Assembly (NCBI RefSeq): GCF_037042905.1
Contig: NC_087246.1
Coordinates: 992,001-1,056,000 of the forward strand
Direction: 5' to 3'
Length of the DNA stretch: 64,000 bases
Source: Lytechinus pictus
Taxonomy: Eukaryota
This document shows, in pieces, positions 40,298 to 52,527 of the stretch. The notes beneath the pieces are model-generated. The model did not search any database. It saw nothing but the letters and a program-made list of their open reading frames with translations, and was not told the origin of the DNA. The translations under genes and the position numbers were made by a program. The stretch's first letter is position 1, and every line of letters begins with the position of its first letter.

Positions 40298-41360
40298 CAT
40301 AGAGCTATTACAGAAGGAGGACTGACTCTCTCGAACGCTTTGCCCCATGCGCGGCCCCATGCGCGGCACCGCTAATCCCCTCACAGCAGGGTGGTTCATC
40401 ACGGCACTTTCACACTTACAGGCGCATGCCGCCCGTAAATCAGCCCTATATCTGATTGGGAAAGTTGATCGAATGCAATTTAAAACGCTGTCATTTGAAC
40501 CCAATGGGTAATATTAATATAAATAAAATTTACAGATCATAATCAACGAAATATCATAAAAGTTAGGTCTAGATCTATCTCTTCAAGTGCGTCAATTCTA
40601 GTATTTCTCCGAAACGGTCCGGAGCTGAGGCCTTTACAGTGTGAATGAGCTGAGCGCGCGAGCTCGGAGCTCAAGCATCACACTCACCTTCAACTTACAC
40701 AAATAGGAGTATGTGGGGCACCGGATGATACTCGACGATGCATCAATCAACGTAGAAATGCCCCGTAGATTCGTAGTTATATATTATATTATATTATATA
40801 CACGACCAACAAATAATCTTACCATCTGAATCAACTTTGAAGTATGCTTTTCTCCCTCATTGTAATTTTTAAGACAGGAGCGCACAGGAGAAGGTTTAAA
40901 TAATGCAAGAAAGACAGACATACATAAATGACTAATATCCAACTTTCTCCGTACGTACCGTGGCTGGGTTGAATCAGATTGTACAGTATTTGGTATGTAT
41001 GCAAAGGGGATCATCTCAGAAGTTCAACCATACATAAAAGACGTACATCAGGAATCCGTACGAAGAGATATGGATGTTGGAAGAACAGCAAGTCGTGTTT
41101 TCGATTTTGAAAAAAAAAACGGAGCTCGAAGGGAAGTTATGTGGGAGAACGTCGTTTACGGCGGTGCCTCGCAGGGACCTTCAAAAAATCTCTGACCTCA
41201 GATTTTACGAGCGGGCTTATCGCGTTATGTAAGCGGGCTCTAACTTTCGCCTGGCGGCTCGCCGATTGATGTTAGATATCGTTCCTTCGCCCGAAGGAAG
41301 CTATAACAAAGGATAAACAGAGGAATTGGAAGATGGTTCTCCTTCTGTAATAGCTCTATG
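40298..41360. mobile_element. Non-autonomous P-element-like DNA transposon (1063 bp), 22-bp TIR, 7-bp TSD
   Basis: TIRs CATAGAGCTATTACAGAAGGAG / CTCCTTCTGTAATAGCTCTATG. TSD GTATGAT (40291-40297, 41361-41367). CATAG termini with a 7-8 bp TSD are typical of the P superfamily. Confidence 0.88.
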
Positions 41361-44300
41361 GTATGATTAATCACATTGCTACAATCCAAAGAGCCTCCAT
41401 CTTTTTATTATATAAACCTCCAGTTTTCAAGCCCTGACCCAATATTGATTGTATGCAGTCTCACTCTTGAATTAAACACTTGTTTTGCCTCCAAGCACAG
41501 AGCTCGAGGCTGATGACATCACAGTGTGGTTTGGTGAAAATGCCATCAAGGATGTAAGTGCTAGAGAAACCCTTCTTTAGGGCTTGATCTCCGGATTTCT
41601 GAGAAATGCCAGTCAATGACCCAGCTAGGGCTGCAGTAGGTTAGGATATTATAAACAGTTCCTGATGACACTGCTCAATGAAACACAAGAGTCAAGTATA
41701 GGGGAGACCTCTTTGTTCACATTGGATGTGATAAATACAGATCTATTCTTTGCATTTCGAGGTTAAAAAATGACTCAGAAGGCATTGAACTTGACATTAA
41801 TCTACAATGTTATATATGCCTAAATGTAGTTGAGTAAATTAAAGGGCCTCATATGGAGACAAACTATCCATCACTGACTGGGGTTTTCCTGTAATAAACA
41901 ACTTTTGAAATCTACATTTTCTTGTATTGTAGTTTTGTACAGCATTCCTTTCTTGACATCGCATCGACCAAAATCAAACTAATCAATGCTGAACAAGTCC
42001 AATCCAGAGTACTTCTGTTCTTTCTTAGTGTTGCAACATCAGCTGGATTTTTGTTTTCGCTACCACTGACTGTATTAACCTCATCTGGATCAAGCATGGC
42101 AATAGTTGATACATGTTTTGCTATCTGAACAAAAGTGAATTACAGATGAGAGAGAATTAAATGAATCAGATGCCATTAGGAAAAAAGTTACATCAGAGAT
42201 CATATGGAATGTCTAGTTGTTTACCATACTTGATCAGAGACAGACTTAACAAAAAATTATCCAGTCCCATTGAAGTTCAAAAAGCTATCAATGGTTTCAC
42301 TGCGTACCAATCTGAAGACTAAACAAAACTCAGTATACACTATTTGCTAATGGGGGCAGAGAGAAAAAACAGAAGGCCTTGAACTAGATATAACATAAGC
42401 AACTACATAGTAGTTTTTGCTTTGAAAATCTTTATATCCTGTGCACTGATTGCTATAGTGATTTTATCTACCTGTTACAAATCCTCTACAAAAGTAAAAA
42501 AGAAAACCTTCATGATATACTCTAGTTCTGGAAAAGAACTTGAAAAGAGGATAGCTTCCAGAAGATCCTTTACTCACCAGTGCACTTTGCCACCCATGAG
42601 ACTTTGTGTGACCTTGTGTGTCCATAGTATCAGGTAACTGGACATGGCTTACATGGGTTCCCATATGACACAGGTCATGTGATCTGGAGCAGAAGGAATT
42701 AGATAATCCCTTTACCCCAAACACACTTGTCCTCATCAGGTCATTGGTTAGTCTACATGCATCAGGCAAAATCAACTTCAGTCAAATTCAGCAGGGCAAA
42801 GTGGATGAGGGGACAAATAAAGCAATAAGCAAAATGGTCACCATGGACAGGTGAGTTTTATCAACAATCTGGATGACCAATAAAGGCAGGTGGTCAGCCA
42901 CTAAGATGGACTTGACAGTAGCTACAAACTTTGTAATGATGAATTCCTACATTTTTTACCAGTAATCAACCGTTTTAAAAAGGGGATCAAATCCTACTGT
43001 GAATTTTCGATTACCTGTGAATATGTGTAACATATGAATCACTATATATTTACAATCAATTAATTTCCAACAAGACATAAAGATTGGAAGTCTAATGATT
43101 CATAATTTCATAACCATGGATATCTAAACAATTATAATTTCAGAAGTCAGTATTTGAGAATATCAGTTTCATTTCTATTTTTAGAATTGGAGCCTTATTG
43201 CAACATCAGAGTTATCCAGTTACTTCCTTAAACACTCAGAGCTTGACTGACCAGACAGCTTAAAGTACAAATACCCCTATCAGTTATATGCAAATGAGTT
43301 TTGTCCTGTGGTAGTCTATTGGGTGTGAATGGGCTTTGAGGAGTTAGTGGAGACATCTATAGAAATCTGAATGGTCATTCACACTAAAGACCTTTTACAT
43401 TTCAATTGCCCTTATGTAACTCAGCCAACAGGCTGTTGCTATTGTGATGTAGCTCATTAAAGGATGAAAAAAAAAGGAACTTAAGATCAGTAGATTTTCA
43501 TTTTCTTAAAGCCTGATCCATTACTACATTTCATGAGCATGTCTGCCATATATTATTAGGTGGGGGAAAATAATCAAAAAGTGTTTTATAAAATAGCATT
43601 TGTGATTATACATAAAAATTCTGATCAAAATAAACTATCTGCACATTTTTTAGTTTTTATTCTAGTTATACAAAACCACTTCTTAAGAAAGGGGATTTAT
43701 GTAAAGAGTCAATACAACTAAACAGTGAAAAACAACTGTCGTTGATAAGGCACTGTCAGAGATTATGGGGTAAAAAGTCAAAGGGAGGGAGAAATAGAAA
43801 AGGAGGAAGTTGAAACATTCAGATTGTTTTTAACGATCAATAAACTGAATTGACTTGAAGTTGAACTGAATTGAAATTTGAATTGAATCGTATTGATTGT
43901 GGGGAAATATAGGCCTAAATTTATGTGACAATTTGTTATAATTAATCAATTTTCACCACTAAAATATTTTATTTTACATCTGCCATGGTTAGCAGCCTGG
44001 TATTAGTTCCTTATGGTAGTCCCCCTGCAAGGGTGTTGTTACCTGGAGTCAAACCAGATAATACATCACCTATTATCATGCAAATGAGGATAAAACCTAA
44101 ATGACCTTCTGGACAGAGACTGTCCAGACACAAGTCAATAATACAGTCTGTGGGAGACGTCTCAGACTTACATTCATCATGCATGAAAATGAGTAGGCTT
44201 ATCCAACCAAGGCACAATAGAAAAGGGGACCTACAGGTTGCTATCAACCTGCTCTCATTCCCGCTGAAACATGAGTTCATGACGTAGAAAGGGGAGGGGT

Positions 44301-44958
44301 GGTTGCAACTATGTAACAGATCTGATAGGCGAGGACCTAGTTTTACTAAGGTTTAGAAGCCTTATTTGCTTAAAATAGGCATGAGGGAATAGCTGCTACT
44401 TGGGTAAAGATTTCTATTTTAAAAACAGGACAAAATGCTTTATAATGAATAATTCATGAACTCAAACCTGTATTTTTCTGTGAGTCACAAGCACAGACTG
44501 AATCAACTGCTTTGAAAAATTAGAGCAAAGATAATGACTACTTACTGTTATATTCATGATTGTGAATATTACGCACATTAACCCCATTACACTCTAGGCT
44601 AAAGTCGCTACGCATGTGAGCTGAAAGATCCAGATATCAATCATTCTTTCAAACATTTGAATATATGTATTAAATTAATCTAATTGCAATATATAATCAT
44701 TCATCTGTTTAGTATTACTTCTATGCTTCTATGCCTTTAAATTTTTACAAATTGAACAAGGCTTCAATCATCTAGGCTGTCAAACAAAGCTATAAGTGTG
44801 ACTTAAAGTCGCACTCAAATTCTCACTTGCGTGTGGGATATAGAAGGCATCATCACATTGGTCAATTCATGCTAAGAAGATGAACGCTAATGCATATCAA
44901 CATGATATCAATAAGACTGTGTTATCACATGCGCGTTGGCCATAATCATGACTCACTA

Positions 44959-45307
44959 GGCGGTGCTGCACCATCCCGAGTTTGCTCAATCTCGAGATTT
45001 TAGCCCGATCAGCCCTCTTCGCGATTAATCTCGAGATTCAAGAAACCCCGTCTGCACCATCCCACGAGGAGCTATATCTGCTCGAGCGAGGCAACAAGCC
45101 CGATATTCCGGGCATGCGCACTTTCGGATCTTGGAGTTTCAACGGCCCGCGCTTTTGAATAACTTCCCGCGATATGCAAGCAATGAACTCCTTTCACTAG
45201 TACTTTCGCCGAATTCAACCGGTGTTATGCAACAATCCTTTCAGCTCAGCGAGTGAAGAAGTGATGTATTCTTCGTGAAATATGATGGCGGAGTAGGAGG
45301 CAACGAC

Positions 45308-45338
<31 letters not shown>

Positions 45339-45860
45339 AGGAGGAAAGAAATGCTATTTGCTCACATTTTGCGAAGGAATAAGACAACACGCTGTCAGTG
45401 TTGTTATTGAATATGACCATCGTCGATGCGATGAGCGCTTCCCCCTTCGGTCTGGTCTCTCCCGGGGTCCCTCCCAAAATCCATTCACTGGTGGGGACAC
45501 CATCGTTGCTTATGAACGCTATTCGCATGTATAAGGTTGACTTTCGCACGTGTTTATGTTTTGACCAAGGCGGAAGTGGAACGCGAATTGCATTATGGAC
45601 TGACGTCATGAATAAATTACCCCGAGTCCAATCTCGAGTGCGTCTGCACCGACGAATTAGCGGGATAATTCGTAAAATAGCGCGCTATTTTGCAAATAAA
45701 CCCGAGTTGACTTGGGATTGCAATCTCGAGATTAATCCTACGAACTAGCGCGATAATTGCGTCTGCACCGCCAACTATCTCGAGATTTTTCAGATCGGGA
45801 TAATTTGCCGGATCAGAAATAGCGCGCTAATTTGAAACTTCGGGATGGTGCAGACGGCCC
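44959..45860. mobile_element. PIF/Harbinger-like MITE (~900 bp)
   Basis: Imperfect TIRs GGCGGTGCTGCACCATCCCGAG / TTCGGGATGGTGCAGACGGCCC, flanked by cta/tta. Repeated internal GTCTGCACC and ATCTCGAGAT motifs. CpG-rich. Confidence 0.75.
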
Positions 45861-47461
45861 TTATGTTACACTCAACTCTTGGTGAAACACCCTACCTGGA
45901 TTTTCAGATAAAACAAACAACAAATCAAGTCCTTATTGTGAAACATCGACACCAAGAAAATACTGTATCAACCATTCAATTTAGAATCTGTACATGTTAT
46001 TAAACTTGCTATTCTAAATCCCAGAAGTATATTATGGATATAGGCCTATGTAAAAAAACATCTATAGGAATTAATTAAAGAAGACATAGTAAATAAAGCA
46101 AATACATAATATATATCGATAATAGATAAACAAATGGATTAAGTAATATAAGAATGGGAGAAAAATATATAAGAAAGGGATGGGGATGAACTTATGACAG
46201 AAAATAAAAGAAACTATACAAATGTAGATGAGAACAGAGAGAAAATAAACGAAATAAGATATTTTTTTTAAAATAGAAATAGAGCAAGAAAATGAATACA
46301 TGAGAGAGGGATAGTTGGGATATATGTAGAAGTTGCAAACAGGATCAAGGAGACTCGTATCTCATTATTTGAACCAAAATGAATGCAAGGCTGTGGAATA
46401 CTGTTCCAAATCAAAGACAAGGGAAGGACAAGATGTTTAGACCAATGGGGCACAGAAGCAAATACAATTAAAATTTTTAATCTATCTAGCATTGAAATGA
46501 AGGAAACATCTCAATCATTTTATCTCCCATAAAATAGTCAATGATATAAACAAGGGCAGAGTGATCTAGTTTCTATCCTGTTCATATCATAGTCCCTATA
46601 ACATCATCAGGGGAGGCCATGCATGCTGTCAGCATTCTTCAATATTTATATCTTTCAGTTTGGGGTGTGGTAATCCTTAGTTTAATTCAAATGATCTTCA
46701 ACCTGAAAAAAGTGAATAATGTCGCATGCAATAGACTAGTTACTAATTTGTCATGTTGCTAGCCCTTTCCTACACTGGAACAATGGGGTGTGCGAAAATA
46801 TTTTGCTAAGGGCGTTCTTGCACCAACATGACAAATTTACAAATTCAAATGATAATCTTTTTCCTAGTTTCAAAGGATGGTCTGGACACAATCAAAGATT
46901 GGGGGTTGTCAATTGTCAGACGTAGCAACAAGTATGCAAACTAGACCTATTCAGTTATTGTTCAAATTAATGGATGTTTCTTTCCTGTGGACCTGATATT
47001 CCATCAACCTATTTCTAAGAAAGAAAGAACTTGGAATAATTTTACATACAACACTTGTTATGTCTGGTTAGCATCAAGCATGCTTTCAGGTCACAATAAC
47101 AACTTTTGCTTCTGAAGGAATGAATAAGATTTGAATAAGTTGACTTGATTATTGTATTTCAGGCAATGTAGTTATTTCATCTAAAATATTAATAATGAAC
47201 ACTTTTGTATCAGGATTCAAGAAAAACGAACCATACAAACTATTAAAATTATCATTCATCTATGTAAATCATTTAAATACCAATCATGTGCATACCTTAC
47301 CTTGCTTTTTATCAAGAGATTTGTTTTAAAATAATGGAACAGATGAAAATCAACTCTAGAAATAAGTGTTTGGAGTGATGATGAAATGAAAACTGGGCAG
47401 ATTTAAAAGAAGCAAATGGGCCTACAAAAGTCACACATTCTAAACTACAAATGCCTATTAA

Positions 47462-48056
47462 AGGGGAATCCAACCCAAATAAAAACTTGTTTTTATAAGA
47501 AAGAGAAAAATCAGACAAGTTGATAGGTGAAAGTTTGAACAATATTGGACAAACAACAAGAAAGTTATGAATTTTTAAAAGTTGTAAATATTGGTAATCA
47601 CTATACCCATGGAGACTTCAAATTGGCCGCATATGGGATGTCATAGTGATGTCAGGCAAGGACTACTCTTCTATGTACTCCAATACATATTATGGCTAAA
47701 ATGTCATTTTTCCCAAAAGTTTTATTTCAAATTATATTTTTCTTTCATGAGGACATAAAACAATATACTACCTGGGTTATATTTAGATTACTGCCCCAGG
47801 GGAATGGGTACTTAGGAGAAAACCACAAATCCCTGATAATAAAGTATATGGCCTGTGGGAAAGTTGTCCTTGCCCCTTGTCATAATTTACTTACCCAGTT
47901 GCCAATTTGAAATCTACATACTATTAGTGATCTCAATTTTAAAGCAGCTATAACTTTCTTATTGCTTGTCCGATTTCTTTCAAACTTTCACCATTCTGTT
48001 TAATTTATTTTTCTCCTTCCCAACACAACATTTTATGGCCAAGGCTGGATTCCCCT
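47462..48056 (+). mobile_element. Kolobok-like non-autonomous element family K1, copy 1 (TTAA TSD)
   Basis: TTAA|AGGGGAATCCAACC ... GGCTGGATTCCCCT|TTAA. Near-identical to 60181-60774. Confidence 0.88.
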
Positions 48057-48609
48057 TTAAGTGATATACTACCACCATTGAAAGGCCTATATGCCAAAAA
48101 TCTTCCTTCAAAGGGGCACTGTATTCAATTTCTATCTCTCTTGGAATTAATCTATAGGCTGGTTGAGCTTTTCAAGAGCACCTCCCTTTTTTAGAGAGCG
48201 AAATGTAGCTGGTAACTGTTTAATGTTAGAAACGGAATAAAATATTGTGGAACATAAAACAAGGAAATAACTAGACAGCAAGTATAACATGAAATCTCTA
48301 CATCTTTACAGACACACCCCAAGTCAGGTGTATAATCCTACTTCTTTTCAGATAAATATATTCAGTTTAATAACATAATGAAATACAAGAAAGAAGTACA
48401 ACTGAATGATATCTACTTCTATCCAAAAAATTTATCTAAATATGAACAATATGTCAAGAATTTTTCAAAAATCATATTTACCTGCTTGAGCGGAGGCATC
48501 AGATTCCTCAATTTCCGTCTATAAAGATCTTATTCTCCTAAAATCTCAACATTAAGTATATATATTGGCATACCAATTGTAGATTTAAACTTCAGTTTAG
48601 AATTAGAAA

Positions 48610-49300
48610 CAGGCCATGCCTTCTGTGCATGCAGCTCATTTCCTCAATATTTGTGAACAATTCCCTAACTTGATGTCCCATCGACATAGTACATCATCAG
48701 TATATGGTCTCAACCATGTTCCATATCCTCTCTGCACAGTACTGTTTATCGGCATAGCTGAGAATGGCGCGAAAGCAATTGACCTGGGGTGGGAGATATC
48801 AACGAGCTTGCCTTTGCCTGCCTGCATGCATACTGTAGCCCTCCTTAGGCTTCCGCCAATGATCTGAATCTTTTTGAGCTACGCATTGTGTATGCAGATC
48901 TTTGCGAGGCTCGGAGAGGGACTATGTCACACAGAATGTTTTAATGTGGTGTGAATGTTACATAACAATGGCTTGAATGTGTATCTTTTTCACATACACC
49001 CTCCGCATTAGGTTTCTATAGACATTCGTGTATGCATACACAGCATGTCTGGGCTGAAATGCCTGTCTGACCCTGGTGGCTAGCCTTGTATTGTCTGGCC
49101 AGCCCAAAGAGAATGGACAGTTTGCCTGGACAGTTCACCTGATCAGTATCAAAGCGTGGATGGAACATTCCATCAATGCGTGCAAAGCCATGCTCGCTGC
49201 ACCGCCATTTTGGATAGGTGGTGGCGGCAAGGCGCGAAGCCTCGGTGTGCAAGGAAACGTGAGTGGTCAGTTGGTCAGATATAAATATTCATGAATGATT
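48610..49300 (-). mobile_element. Highly decayed non-LTR (CR1-like) reverse transcriptase relic
   Basis: GC-richer block. Minus strand reads RIDGMFHPR..LSILF (~PGPDGIHPR..L..LF), then PRSIAFAPF..IN..YTDDVL (~PQGS.L.P.LF..IN..YADD) in the right order. Confidence 0.45.
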
Positions 49301-49873
49301 GATGAGATATAAATGTAGCCTTGGTCTCCACCACAATCCTTTCTCATTCTGACATATTCCCAATGTCTAATACATTAGAAAGAAGTCAATTCATCAAGCT
49401 TCATTGTTTTTCACTATTCATCCACTGATCCACTCTGTCAAAAGCTGGGGATTTTAACCACATCACTCTGCAACCTTACAGGTAGAATGACAAGTAATAA
49501 TAACACAGTTCTTGTATAGCGCATATCACATTATGTCATAACATCCCTATGTGCTTCCTAAGGACTCAGATATTGTTGGATATTAACTACATTATGGAGA
49601 AATCAGAGAATCATAGCAGAAATTCAAGATGATATGTAGCAGTTCCAGAAAACCCCTAAATAAGCGAAAATAGCAATCACATGTCATTCACAGATCTGGA
49701 TATTTCTGTTGGTATTCAAAATTGAATGTCTAATATCACAAAATTGGGTCCCTATTGTCACACAAAAATCCCATATCTGAATAGGGCAATTGCTGCAAAA
49801 AAAAAGCAACTCCACTATCAAAATCATGAGAATTGCAACTTCAGAATATTTCTAGGTAGACCTAAAAGATCAG

Positions 49874-50056
49874 TGAGGTGTTTCATAAAGCTGTTCGTAA
49901 GTTAAGAGTGACTTTAAGAATGACTGGTGATTCTTTCTTTGCGTGCTAAACCATCGCCAATAAACATTTCGGTGTATACCATTTATCACAAGAAAGGATC
50001 ACCATTCGTTCTTAAAGTCGCTCCTAATTTACGAACAGCTTTACGAAACGGCCCCC
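49874..50056. mobile_element. Palindromic MITE (Harbinger-like), copy 2
   Basis: Same inverted arms and spacer as 28955-29176, without the duplication. Confidence 0.85.
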
Positions 50057-51118
50057 AAATGAAAATATGGTTTTAGCAGCCTTGTATTATCACGACTGAC
50101 CTAGCAATTAAAGTGATTGCAAAACATTAAAAAAGCACACCTCACACACAAAAAATCACTATTTATCTATATTGTATTAGAATATCATGTATGCACTATA
50201 GTTGTAGCAGTGATTCAACTTGTCATTATGTGGATTAAAATTCTTTCCAATTTTTTTTCTAATTAAAACCTCCATTAGAACCTACCTGTTGGTTTGTCAT
50301 TACTTATTATAACATACTTGTTTATTTACTATGAGGGGCTCATTTGCATCTATACACCAATTACCACACCTACACAAGAGATGCATGCAATCACATTGTA
50401 TTCACAATAGTTCAATTTATGTAGAACATAGTACATAATCAAGCAGTCTATGCTCCAAATTTTTCAAAGATTATAGGCCTATTGATTTTTCTTCTATATC
50501 TTGTTTTCTTTACTTGATGGTTGGTATTGAAAAGCTTTACATACTAGAATGGGGGTCACTTACATGTAGATAATGTACTACTCACCAAGTAGGCCAGTAT
50601 GTCCAGGCAAATACAGCCCTTCATGGCCTGTGTAAGGAAATATGTTTCAATTCCTTTGAACTTTACTTCAACATTTAAATTATATTCTAAAAAATATCAG
50701 GATCAGCCCTATTCAAATCTTAACAGTCCAGTCCTTTAAGTTTTTCATCACATTATTGTCAGGCTTGCAAAGAATATGCCTAATCAATTTGTAGATTATT
50801 TGCAAAATGCAAGCAATGCAACTTTTGATATTCTTCATCGATAGGTCTACATACTCTTATTCAGTTTTATGTAATAATTTTTGTGTGAAATTTGTATAAA
50901 CAATTATTTGAAATGGCACTATATGCAGGTAATTTTTGAATATAATTTGATCCTTCTACATGTACAATGAATAATCAAACTGAACTACTAATGGGAACAA
51001 CCTCATATTCATGTAAGTTCATCTCACACCCCAAAAGTACACTCCAGGTATAACACCAATGGTTATGGAAACAGATCATTGATCAAACCTCTCCCTTTAC
51101 TCAGCCCCATCCACAGAT

Positions 51119-51618
51119 GTGCTTTTCACACTGCATTTCCTTAACCCCATACTATCCTTAACCCGGACTATCCTTAACCCCATACTATCTTTTTTTTTTA
51201 CACTGCCTTTCTTAACCCCATACTATTTGCTTAGCCGGGTTAACGCCTTAACCTCGGACTATCGCACAGCTCATGAATATTGATGATTTTGCCATACAGA
51301 GTGTGATTAACGTGCAATTTCGACTTCTATGATTGGCTAATACTTAGCCCCACTCTTCCTTAGCCCAGTTTCGTTTCTAACTGCATCTCTTAGCACCGCA
51401 ATTGTGGTGCTAGCAAAGCAATTAGCCAGCTAACCCTGCTTTTTGCAGGGCCATACGGTACTATAGTACTATTTACAGTGCTAGCCCACTTTGCTAAAAC
51501 AGTGTGAAAACGAAGTGGGCTAAGCTTGACCCCAGGAAATTGGTGGGGCTAAGACCCCCCCCCCCCTTATCCCCAATTTCCCCGGGGTTAAGGAAAATAT
51601 GTAAAGTGTGAAAAGCAT
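51119..51618 (+). mobile_element. MITE with TGCTTTTCACACT/AGTGTGAAAAGCA TIRs and subterminal CCTTAACCCC repeats, copy 1
   Basis: Terminal inverted repeats, ~17-bp subterminal tandem units. Homologous in reverse orientation to 55621-56084. Confidence 0.82.
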
Positions 51619-52475
51619 ATGACTGTACTATAAATATGGCAGTGGTTGAGTGAGGTCAGTTGATAGTAGTACTGGTCAACCAACCTTGATGTGTCTGGAG
51701 AGCTGGCCTGGTCAGACATTGATAGTCTTTACTATCCAGACTCCCAATAATCATTACAATACAACCAAAGAACAATGGACTAGATACAATCAGATACAAT
51801 CTATAAGATTATCACCACTGACTTAATATGATAAATATAAAAGTGTTTTTGTAAGAATATAGGCCCTTTATATGGCAGCAGATTTTCAGCCTTTCAAGTT
51901 ACATTGCACATAATACAAGATAGCCTGATCAATAAATGCTCCGATTAAAAAAAAATAGATCACTGTAGAGAATAATGACCAAGCCCCCTTTTCCCCAGGA
52001 TAGTGACAAAAATATTGATTAGTAGGCCTAAGGTAGAGGAATGTGTAATGTTACAAATGTTAAAAACAGTTATCTAAGTCTGATCCCATGGAGGAAGTTT
52101 CAAAGCTCAGTCACTACAGTCTTTAGGAAATGAAAGTGATATACATGATCATCTAATAAACTGTTTCTCCTATTGCCTGCCTTCATGAGATCATGTTGAA
52201 ATATACACATGCATGAGAACAGATACAAATATTGTAGGAACTGAATAATCCTTTTGAAGTTAATTTTGGCTATGACATTTAACAGTATAATTTTATCAGA
52301 GTATGTGGTTTTCATTTAAGGACTTTGTTAATATTTCATACAGGAATTTCACTATCGATATTCTGTGAATCCATAAATCTACCTTCTTGTTCACAGATTT
52401 GTAACAGGTTTCATACAAGGACCAATAGACCATAGGTATTTTACATGTATATTCAACTTGAAGAAATGTCTCCCA

Positions 52476-52476
<1 letters not shown>

Positions 52477-52524
<48 letters not shown>
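52477..52524. repeat. (TA)n microsatellite
   Basis: Uninterrupted TA run. Confidence 0.95.

Positions 52525-52527
<3 letters not shown>

Noticed and set aside
47692..47910. Duplicated ORF MAKMSFFPKVLF... (also 60411-60671)
   Set aside because: Both lie inside copies of the K1 non-autonomous element, with different C-termini and no transposase motif.
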